This document shows, in pieces, positions 53,318 to 64,000 of a DNA stretch of 64,000 nt; within the stretch, counting starts at the first letter, position 1; each line of letters begins with the position of its first letter. This DNA is from Dicyema japonicum (lineage: Eukaryota; Animalia; Dicyemida), in assembly GCA_011109175.1 (NCBI GenBank), contig RDEW01000020.1, positions 366,514 to 430,513 on the forward strand, given 5' to 3'. The notes under the pieces were generated by a model, which saw nothing but the letters and a program-made list of their open reading frames with translations, searched no databases and had not been told where the DNA came from. The translations under genes and the position numbers were made by a program.

Positions 53318-54457
53318 TTATTTGATTATTAGATAAGTGGCAGTGTAAGGAAATCCGCAGTTATTTTTATTAAGTGCAAGTTTAAAATAGCCAGATATAC
53401 CCCATTCTTTGCCCCATCCATTTTTTATAACCAATACTTTTCTCCTTTTGTTGTCCCATAACCAACAAAAGACATTACATGCTCATTTCGCATATTTAAA
53501 CAATTTCTGATATGGAATTTTCTCAAAATGTTTCATTTTACTTTTTACCTCGAACATAACCCTTGAATAAAATAACCATCAAAATGGACACTAACAGGAC
53601 CAACATTAATGAGAACATCCATAAGCATTTGTTCGTCACCATTATTGATTTTTTATAACCAATCAATTTAAATTTAATATCTGGTTGACTTCATATTTAC
53701 ATTTATTCTATAGAATTTTTTTTAGAAACAATTTCCTTGGCCACATATGGATATCGTTTTTCAGAATTAATTCCTCCGTTTTTTTTAATATAAATATACA
53801 CATGTGATGGTGATATCATCCATGATGAGTTGCACAATCAACTATGTTTTGTTCACTCATAGATATAAGAATTTTGCGTTTAAAGCTAAATGTAGCCAAC
53901 TAAATGCATTAAACATTCGTAACTGCCCCAAATGCATAGCAACTCCACACCAATATCCTTGATATTTTTATAGTAGTAACACAGTTTCGTTTTACCCTAC
54001 TAAAAGATCTCGGAAATCTCTTTTTATTTACAAGCACAGAATAATCATACAGTTATTCTTCGGTGAATGTATGACTAGAATAAGTATTAAACGTGAATTT
54101 TTTGGCTTGATAAATTCTCTTCTTGTCTACAAAATATAAAGTGAATAAACCAAGTCAGCAAACTGATTAATTCCCAATTCATACAAATATTTTCCTTGAT
54201 TAAAAAGTAGATTGTGTTGTCAATCAATCTTAAGTTTTCAGTAAAAATAGCCCTTCTAACATGAAGTTCTAAACCAGAATATGATTTATCTGTAAAAAGT
54301 AAAAATAAATTTAACTATATTTTTCTATGAAATTATTCCATTGGATTTCATAATATTCACCGTCTTTAAGTGAATACTTGATTGATTCGTATCTTAAATG
54401 AATTTTAGATAAAATAAAGTAATTCAAAAATAAAACAAGGAAAACTGGACTGATCAT
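53318..54457 (-). CDS. Cathepsin L-like protease, copy 2 (complete span, several indels; possibly a pseudogene)
   Basis: As copy 1, plus catalytic His (NEHVMSFVGYG) and YWL.KNGWG..WG..GYF. Confidence 0.8.
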
Positions 54458-55505
54458 TTTAATTAATTCAGTTTTTTTTTATTTAAATATTTTAAATATT
54501 AATATAATTTTGTTTAATAATATATAATTTTGTTCTAGTGGTTTTGTGCATGTCTGTTTTCACCAGTTTGCAAACAAATCCTGAGGGCCGTCTTACAGAT
54601 AATATTGAAGATGGAAACCATTTAGAAGTGTGTTTCAGGACTACATGATGCTAATGGAACTAGCATACGATCTCCTGTGGGAAATGTTCCTGCTCATCTG
54701 CTGTCCCTCAAAGCATTAGTCACTGAGATTCGATCGGGTGACAGGATCAAGTAAATCTCAATGGTTGTCAACTCTGCGAAAAGGAGATTCGGGAATATCC
54801 CTCGGGGTGGATGGAGTCTCATCGTCTTTCAATTCAATGCTCTTTTCTCCACTCGGCGTTAGAAAATTATTGAATGTAAAGCCTAATAAAAAGACGCCCG
54901 TGGACTAGAAAAGTCGAGATGCTTTAATCGGATCAGGAGGCTCAGAGAACAACTCAACAAAAACAGAAACTTCTATGTATGGAAAATGCAAAGAATAATT
55001 TTATGTTCAAATTGAGGAAGTTAAATCAGTTCCCCGAGATGGAAGGAAACCCACACAAAAGATTCCATACAAGTTGCTTAAAAAGGATGTTCTTACTACA
55101 TTAAATGCAGTGATATCAAATTATGTGTCATCATATCCGCCAACGGACATGAATCAGATAACTGACATAATTTATGCTGCACAATGCACATATGAAAATT
55201 TGACAAAGAAGCAGTCAGTAAAAAGCTGCTGGAAGGAAAACGTGGAGAAAAGAATTGCAAAAATCAAAGAAAATTGCGCCTTAGTTTATGGGTTTACTGG
55301 GAAGCAGTCAAGGGAAGAAAGGGAGAAAACTTTTGATGTTTTATGCTCGTTTGGATACAAGAAATCAAAGAAGGGAGAACTGAAAAAGATCTCTACCCTA
55401 ATTGAAGACAAAATCAAGATCATGGAGGAAAAAATCTCAATTCATGAATCAAGAAAATCCTTTAGACGAGATAATTTTTGTTTTGAGCTGAACAGAGGAG
55501 GTTTT

Positions 55506-56528
55506 TGACGAATCGAGTCTAATAATGGTTCAAATACTTCTATCTAAGACAGAGCTCCTTGTGAGAGTTGGAAAAACCTACTCAAGAAAATTTGAAACAA
55601 ACACAGGCACTCCTCAAGGAGACTCCCTCGCTCCGCTACTATTCACAATATACTTGGAGGCCGCTATGAGGGAACTGAGACCATTATACAAGGAAAAATA
55701 GAAGTGATTATGCTGATGATGTTGACCTAATCTCTGAAGACAAAGAACTCCTGGAGCATGTACTAGAAAAAGCACCAGATATACTTGGGAAATGGTTTTT
55801 CACCGTGAACATGAAAAAAACAGAACGGACAGAAATAGACGAATGAATAACTCACTCGAAGAGAAATGGAGACACATAAAGAAACTTGGCTCTCTACTAG
55901 GAGATAGCGAAGATATCATACGGAGAAAACATTGACAAACGCGGTATTACACAGGCTGAAAAATCTTTGGCTAAACGGAAAGGGAATAACATAAAACAAA
56001 GGAAAATGTTATACGACACCGTCATCAAACCAATCCTACTATACAACTATGTGACCTGGGGCACCTCAAAAGAGGAATTGGAGAAGCTAGACTTGTTTCA
56101 AAGGAATCATCTAAGAAGCATAACTGGAATGTCCTGGTAATCTAAGATCTTGCAGAAAAGACAGTACAATAAGTGTGACTGTACGCCAATGAGCCACAAG
56201 ATCATTAGCTCTCGGTGGAGACTTTTTGAACACGTCCTGAGGTTGGATATCCCCTCCGAATATCGCCATGGAAGATTACTACTCCTCCAATGTAAAACGC
56301 TTTCGTGGAAGACCGAGAACTACTCTCCCGGTCGTCCTACAAAACGATCTGAAAGTTGTGAAGAAAACATTGGCATCTGGTGACGATCTGGACTCACTGG
56401 GACCAGCAAAGAACAGAAGAGCTTAGAGCAACCTAATTAATTCTCTTATATTTTTTGCTGCACATGCGGAGCAACCTAACTAATTATAAATATGATAGCT
56501 CTCATTAAAGTTGCTAATAATATACTAA
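55506..56528 (+). mobile_element. 5'-truncated RTE LINE nested in the R4-like element
   Basis: TSD AGAGGAGGTTTT; GTPQGDSL, YADD, RWRLF.HVLR, FRGRPRTTL. Confidence 0.9.
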
Positions 56529-56721
56529 GAGGAGGTTTTACGGAGGCTCAACGATACGCCAATATTAGTGATTGTAAAGTTACAGAAGATGAGTTCGTGT
56601 CATTTTGGAAAGATCTATGGGAAAAGGATCAGAATTATTCTCACAGAAATATTGTTGGGAGGCGAATAACAGGAGCAAAGGAGTTACCGTTAGATATGAA
56701 AGCTGAGTTTGTTAAGAACAT

Positions 56722-57110
56722 TTTAATTAAATCAGAAAACCATATTTACAGTAAATCATATATAAAACTGCCATCCATCCAAAGTGAACCCCGCCGACAT
56801 TATCGACGTTGCGTTGCCTCTCACGATTGCAACAGAGATCAACTTGAGTAGCCACCGGGTCTCACGTGCGTCGTGGTTTTTTTAGTGTAGCTAAGCGTCC
56901 AAGTTTCTTTAGGAAGCGAAGTGGTTTCCACTTATTCCTCCAGTTGATAAAACGCGAATCGGTCGCGTAGCGCTTCGTTTTTTCCGCGGAATACAGTGTG
57001 TTTACCGCGCTCTCGACAATGTTGGACGGGCAAAGCGTGTCGACACAAGTAGCGTCCCAGACCAAAGGTTTCCCTTCTTCGAATGGGAAAATTGTGATCC
57101 CGTCGACGCA
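56722..57110 (-). mobile_element. CRE-like RLE 3' fragment nested in the R4-like element
   Basis: TSD AAGAACATT; [24 protein letters not shown]. Confidence 0.85.
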
Positions 57111-59610
57111 AGAACATTATTCACCATACGCCGAATTGGAAGAGCTTGGCTGTGATGGAGTATATTGATTTTTGTCAAGAATTTGATTCTCTTCATAGTT
57201 ATGTGAGTAGAGAGTTATCAAGATAGTTGGTGAATATTGCCCGAAGAATGGTTCTATACTGGGATTACGTACCTCATTCCGAAAAAAGACTGCTGTTCTC
57301 GAATGTTACGACCAATTACGTGCATGCCTATATTGTACAAATTTTCACAAATTGTTAATACAAAACTTACGATTTATTTGAAGGGTTCAATCTTATCCCG
57401 GATAATCAGCATGGAGCAAGAAGGCAGTGCCAAGGTGCAAAGGAGCAAGCTTAATAAATCAGTGTGTAATTCTGAACATGGAAATAGCTTATTCACAACA
57501 TGGATCGATGTGAAGAAGGCTTTCGATTTTTGTGTCGGGTTCTTGATAGCTCTGGAGTTCTTGAATGGATTGTGAAGTTTATCAAGAATCTAGTAAGCAA
57601 TGGAATGTTATTTTGAACCTTAACAAAAAAAGAATTGGAAAGATCAAACTCGGGAAAGGATATTGCAAGGAGACTCACTCTCTCCCCAGCTGTTTACTCT
57701 GGTAATGAGACCACTAGCCGTATAATTAATTATAAATTCCCGAATATAGATCAGAGTGATCCGTCTATTACATATGCGACTAACTTTCTCTTTTTATTGA
57801 CGACCTGAAAATAATTGCCGAATATGATACTATTCTAAAAATGATGGAGATATTGATGAATATCTGGGCTTGTTTTGGCCTAATAGAAACTGTGAAAAGT
57901 CTGCCAACTAATCTGAAATGTACAAAGATAAGTTATCTGTTTGGATATAGCTATCTCGGAGTGATAGAATAAGTGTAGTGATAGAAGATAAAGGAGTAAT
58001 GTTATGAAAGATTGCTGAAAATGTGAAGAAAAGGATAGAGATGCTGGCGAATTCGAAATTAAACGCTATAAACTGTTTAAAGCGATAAATGAATACGCAC
58101 TCTCGCTATATAATTATTATTGGGCTTATCGACATTGAACCACGTGAATTCAAAGCTATTGATTTAGAAATCCGGCGTATACTCTAACTTACGAGTGAAC
58201 TTAAAACCTGCTAACAAAGAAAGATTATATCTCAGCAGGAATAGTTTTGGATGAGGATTAACCTCAATTTTCTGATAAGAGTGACCGACCTTGAGAGGAA
58301 ATCTTCCATGTATCTTCGAAGGGCATCTTGGGGTCTTAAAACAAAGGAAACACATATGACCACTACGCAAGATTTATTGCACTCAAATGCAATGTGGATG
58401 ACCTATCTAACTTGAACACTGGCATTATAAAGGAATATCAAAAAGAATTATTTGGAGAAGAGTAATCAGAAATTGCTCCATTTTTATTTAAGTTTTTGAA
58501 AACAGAATGTCGATATCATGGATCAACAAATGGCTTACTGGGGAAACAATAGTCCAAGTCGGAAAGCAATGTACTGCATGATACAGGATCGGAATCTGTT
58601 CTTTGAAGAGATGAAAGCAAATTACAGTCATTGTGGTATGGCCAAAAAGTGTAGATCACCTGGCTACACGGTGTACCAGGATGCTTACCGGTGGTATATG
58701 CGGCGACATAACAAAGTTGTAAGATGTATACACCTACAACTATGTCGTCAATTTGGAATATAAAAAACCAAGAGGATAAAGACGCATACAGTCGAATCGA
58801 TTGTGTCAAACAGTAAAGTTGAAATACGAGTCGATGCAAGTTAAAAATAACAAACCTGATATTTTCGTACATGATAAATCCAAAAACGAAATAATACTAA
58901 TAGAAGTAGGGATCACTTCCCAAGATTTGCTAAAACATGTTGAAGTGGAAAAACTCCACAAATACGACCTTCTGGCAGGAGTACTAGCACAAATTCACAA
59001 GACAAAGGTGACAATAATTCCGATTGTTTTGACATGAGATGGAGTAGTAACAAAGTACTACAAGTCTATATGGAAAGACTCAACGTGGATGTCTCAACAA
59101 GGGCGTACATTTAATCAATGACGATTAAAAAAACTTTAGAGAGCATGATAATCGTGCATAGACATGGGCTGAAAATTGATAACTATGATGATGAGGCTAC
59201 AAGAGTGACGAATCATCTTATCTCAAAAGGCTCTGAACTTGGAGGTGACGTCGAAGAGAAACCAAGAGAAACAGCTGTCTGGTCTAGTGATTTGAATTCT
59301 CAAGAGGTATACGAGGGGAACAGTGAGGGTGATACAAAGGGCCAATGCCCAAAAAGGAGAAGAATTCAGCTTGCATAGTGTTAATTAATTACAATTGATT
59401 TTCTTTGGTTTTAGTTATTTTTTTAATTTTGTTTATAAAAAGTTTATAATCCCATAATAAAATGTCTATATCTGTTAGCACTACTTTAAAATTGACAAAT
59501 AAATTTTATATTTGTTTATAACAAGTAAATTAACTACTTAAGCGGATGGTGCTGGTGCCACGACCATTGACGCTACTTACGTATTCGCAAGTCGAAAGAG
59601 TTTCAATGCC

Positions 59611-59880
59611 AAGATACACAATACAAGGCCATATTACAAGACGATCTGAAGATACACATTACAAGGGCCATATTACAAGACGAACATTGGTGCTGCTTGC
59701 TGCTCTCATCTGAAGACACACATCACAAGGCCATTTTGCAAGACGATCTGAAGATACACATTACAAGAGCCATATTACAAGACGAACATTGGTGCTGCTT
59801 TCATCTGAAGACACACATCACAAGGCCATTTTGCAAGACGATTCGAAGATACACATTACAAGGGCCATACTACAAGACGA
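59611..59880. repeat. Minisatellite: six 34-35 bp cores arranged as AB dimers
   Basis: aagatacacattacaagggccatattacaagacga variants. Confidence 0.9.
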
Positions 59881-60609
59881 AGGAACCTATTCACTCCGAG
59901 TGAATCTCCTCAAGACAAATAAACATATTACAAACGATGGAATCCATTACATGGTCGAGAAACTTATCACAAGTCGAAAGGATATGTTTATAATTACGAG
60001 GAACCCATTATACTGTGGAGAAGCATATCACAAGTCGGAAGGATTATTCACAATTACGAAGAAACCTATTGAAAGCGCAGTAGACGAAGGGTCAAAATCT
60101 CTGGATATTCTCCAAGTTGGACCTGCTACCCACAACAATTGAATCTCTACATACGAATCCGGGTATACACGTAACTTTGTCATCGTGCGGACTTTGATCC
60201 CTACAGGACCTGAAACTATGGTAGATGTACATACTAGAGTTGAGACCTACCGGGGGGTACCCATACCAAATGTTCCCTACATTCGAATTGGGTTCTACGC
60301 AAGACTTTGTTAACCACATTATTGGTCCCTAGAAGGCGGCTTGGGACTACTGTGGAAAAAACATACTAGGAAAGGGACCTACTAAGGGAGAACTAACTGG
60401 AGATGGGCTTATTAGCTTTGTACCTACTACGCTCTGGATATAAGGGCAGGATTCATGGGATCCAACATTAAAACTAAATTCAACCAACGATAGAAGATAA
60501 CTAAATGGAGTGTGGATACATCGGAAGTGCCCAGGCCGCATAGGCGGACACGTATAATATCCTAAAAATAACTCATTACTTACTTTGGAATAAATTTGGT
60601 TTTCGGTTT

Positions 60610-61000
60610 TAATTAAGCGGATGTTGATCCAGATTGTTGGTAATCCCTCCTTTTCTCTTAGAAGCAGAGTGTGCCATAAACTCCCTGTTACTCCCATCAG
60701 ATTCAGTCGAAATATCTCCGTTAGAGTCCAATGGGCTATTCTCACTGCATGCCAGTTCCACAAGTTGGGAGGTAGCAGATGCGTACTCTTCATCGAATAC
60801 ATTTATCCCATGTTTATGTTCAATGAGCATACATTCGAGCGTTCTCTTCAACACAACTGATTGGATGTAAGTCCTCGTTGATTCTTTAATAGATAATTTA
60901 TCCATATGATTTTTGAAGCATGTTGAGACATCTCCATCCCATGTCAAAACCACTTAAATAATCTTCACTTGGCATTCATAGAGGAGCGAAAGTTCGTTTG
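60610..61000 (-). mobile_element. R4/Dong-like RLE 3' fragment
   Basis: VLTWDG..YIQSVVLKRTLE; highly similar to 49630-50040. Confidence 0.85.
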
Positions 61001-61221
61001 CATCTACATATAAGGCGAGCCTCATGCGCAATAGTAATGTTTAGTGGAGTTAGTTAAATGCAACAGTACTGTGCAGCCCGATTCGATGGCTATTATTTAT
61101 TTAATGACCCCAAAAAAGAAACACCAAGAAAGAAGGAGTAAACCAACAAATTAAGTGATCCCGGTACGCCTCGACAGGATCGAGAGGTTTTTCCTATCAT
61201 TAATGAAACTCTTTATGGAAC

Positions 61222-61335
61222 GTAGCGTCATGAGGTTCACCTTTAGTGGTGGCGCTTAGTGTAGTAATACACCAAAAAGAAACATTTGCTCTTCCCCATC
61301 CAGACACCTTATGCCTGGATGGTATTCCTCAACTG
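61222..61335 (+). mobile_element. Diverged SINE-B-like structured head
   Basis: Aligns to 39636-39740 with compensatory substitutions. Confidence 0.6.
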
Positions 61336-61339
61336 ATGG

Positions 61340-63300
61340 CTATTATTATTATTATTACCCCCAGGATCACTGGGTCAAAGAAAAAGAAATAAAATTTCTC
61401 ATCTAACTAAGTGATCCCAGACAGACAAAGGTGAGGACGAGTCCGGCGGGGTCGAGAATCCTGAACAGCTCTTCTCATAGGACATGGCTTCGGCTCACAA
61501 TTTCTGTATGATTGTAGATAATTCGATAGTATTTGGAATAGAGGGCAGCTCGGTAGAACAGCCTCCTTGAGTTTTACCAGAATAAAGGTGAGTCCCTACC
61601 AGAATCTTGGGTGCTTTGTTAATAGGAATAGCTTCGTTCTTCATAAAGATTTTTTGTTCGATGCAGAGCTGTCTTTTGTAAGTGGTAAACAGCGTGACAG
61701 AGGACTTTGTTGTTGATGTATCGATTTCCGCTTGAGAGCCATAGTTCCAGCTTGTCAAGCATTTGTTGAGCAACTGAGTCACTGATTGAATGCTTCTGTT
61801 CTTGGAGCAAGAATGATATCGTCGGCATAGGAGAAAATTAGATAGTTTTCATTACAGGTTTGTGGCATGTCGTTTATGTAGAGATTGAAGAGTTGGGTGA
61901 TGGTGGGGAGCCTTGAGGGACTCCATTGTGAAATAGCGAGATCTTGATTTGATGTTGTTGCAGAGTACTTGTGCTCGTCTTCCATTTAAGAAGTTTCCAA
62001 GCCAAAGTTTCAGGTTCGGATAGATGTTGGTTTCAAATATTTTCATTTTTAGGAGTTTCCTAGGGACTGAGTCGAACGCTTTTGTGATGTCCACGGATAT
62101 AAGTACTGTCCTCTGATGGGGTTTGGGGGAGTTAAATCCTTCCGCAATGAATTGTGTGAGGGTTGTAAGATGTGTTGTCGTCGAATGGTTGTCCCGGAAT
62201 CCGTGCTGGGTCGGAGGTATTGAGATTGAGTCTTGTACTTTTTCCAAAACAAGCCTTTCAAGGATCCTTGAGACCGGACTTAGAATAGATATTGGGTGGT
62301 AGGAAGATGGTTCATCTATTGGTTTGTTGGGTTTTCGGATAGGTCTGATTAGAGACTTCTTCCATATTTCAGGGATTGTATTTGTGTTAATGGATAGGTT
62401 GAATATATAAGCTAATAGTTCCAGGGTTCGATGGCCTAGGTGCTTCAGTTCACATGTGGTTATGTTGTCTGGTCCTTTGGCCTCTGAGTTGGTCTTAGAT
62501 ATGGCTCTGCGAACATCCCGACTTGTAAATAGGATCCAGTCGTCGGAGCGTTTCGGTTCAATCTTTTTCAGGAATACTTGGTGTTCTTTTGAAAACTTCC
62601 TGTAGGATATAGATGTGTAATATTTTATCAGAGTGTCTGGTTTTATGTAGACTTCGACTTTACTCTCTGGGGAGGTCTTTTGATGTTCTTGATCCACTTT
62701 CACACTCTCTGCATTGGGGGTTTTTGCAGAAAGCATTTGATAGTCTCGTCCATCTATTTGCATTTTCTGTCTTTATGTTGTTGTCAATCTCTCTGTTCAA
62801 TTCTCGTATTTTCCTGATGTTCTCTTCTGTCGGGGATTTTACCATCTTTAGATTATTTCGTTCTCTGATCAGATGTTACGTCGTTGTGTTGAAACGTTTT
62901 GATGACGTAGGTTGTCACCCCATAGGAATGTACTTCTTTTTCTCAGCGTTTAGGGTGGAGTTGAACCATTTCACTAATTGTTCGACGGTGGGAGGAGTGG
63001 GGAAATTTAATAGTCCAATGCAATTATCGACGTATCTTTGAATCCTCTCCAATTCGCAAGGCTGTAGTTAGTTATTTTGGGCATTGTCCTTTTATCCGTG
63101 ACCTTGTTTTGACCTCCAAAAATATTGGGTTGTGGTCACTCCTGGTGTCATACTTCATTGACAAGTCAATAATGGAACAAAGGACGGTGATGACAATGAG
63201 ATGTCGATAGAAGAAGGTTTATCATTACGTCAAGTAGGTGTTCTTGTATGAGATGCAGGATCGTTGAGTATACATAGGCTGTGGAGGTCCTCAATTATCA
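61340..63300 (-). mobile_element. APE plus RT LINE (I-group; Ingi-like by inference), largely complete ORF2 with frameshifts and a (TAA)n tail
   Basis: SSIDISL and SDHNPI endonuclease end; QHGFR, VDITKAFDSV, YADDI. Confidence 0.9.
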
Positions 63301-63419
63301 TCTTCCTCTTTGTCGTAGGTTCAATTATCATCTTCCCTCTCCGCAGCGGCGCAGGCCTTCCTTATTGGTCCACCCGTGAAGATAGGGAAAAGTGTGGTTC
63401 TTTTTTTTCAAATGCCACC

Positions 63420-64000
63420 ACGTCGTCGGCGAACCACATGACATTACTAATGGCTATAAAACAAAATATTTTAATTTTAATTATAAAATATTTTTTAATT
63501 TTAATTATTTTTTAAATAGTATTTGTAAATCTTGTTTGTCAATGCCACGTGTTTGTTCTGGAACTAAAAAACGGTGTTTGAAAGATGAAAAGAGAGTGTT
63601 TCAAAAAAATGGGAATTTCTTTATTTTTGTACAACATTGTTTAATATGTAACCAGTTTATTGCTATACCGAAAGAATACAACTTAAAAAGGCATTCCATT
63701 CCAATCATAGATCATACGATTATTTCGAAGGTACTAAGTCGTTTATTAACCAATAAGGTCCAATGCGTGTTTTAAAGCTAAATGAATTACGAAATAATAT
63801 GACTTCGTCACAGGCTCATTTCACAAAAATTCACAATCGAAGTACTGCATCAGTTACTGCTACTATGAAATCAGCAGAATGCTTGCAATCAATGGGAAAT
63901 AATATTGTGATGGTGATTTCATCAAGCAATGTTTCGTGAAAACAGCCAAAATTATTTGTCCAGACAATGCTCATTTGCTTAAAGACATTTATTTGACCAG
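63420..64000 (+). mobile_element. hAT (SPIN/GTF2IRD2-like) transposase 5' part
   Basis: EKRVFQ..CLIC..KEYNLKRH; DGDFIKQC. Confidence 0.8.

Larger units (their letters stand above)
54880..59390 (+). mobile_element. Near-complete degenerate R4/Dong-like non-LTR retrotransposon hosting two insertions
   Basis: PNWK; TGITYLIPK; RPITCMP; WIDVKKAFD; ILQGDSLSP; FIDDL; RRHNKV; KPDIF..IEVGIT..KYD. Confidence 0.9.

Noticed and set aside
59611-59880. CRISPR-like array
   Set aside because: Linkers are short and repeated rather than unique; no cas genes; eukaryotic context

Overview
AT-rich eukaryotic, very probably metazoan, genomic DNA. No rRNA, intact tRNA gene or CRISPR array is present. Host genes carry extremely short GT-AG introns (mostly 20-27 nt), which points to a genome-reduced animal parasite such as a dicyemid or myxozoan (inference only). 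Recognisable genes are two papain/cathepsin L-like protease copies within a segmental duplication, ferritin, a secreted Cys-rich plus mucin-stalk protein, a DRAM/TMEM150-family protein, a polypeptide GalNAc-transferase, TOGARAM/crescerin, PRPF31 and a divergent HIPK-like kinase. Much of the remainder is nested, decayed mobile elements: R4/Dong-like and CRE-like restriction-endonuclease (RLE) retrotransposons, RTE and APE-type LINEs, hAT and Ginger-like transposons, and two short retroposon families. SINE-A is tRNA-headed and shares its 3' tail with an RTE LINE. SINE-B shares its 3' tail with the APE LINEs and carries a covarying pseudoknot with HDV-ribozyme topology, the best novelty candidate here. 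Many single-base indels, even in essential genes, suggest an unpolished long-read assembly. Gene ends and element boundaries are approximate, read by eye.
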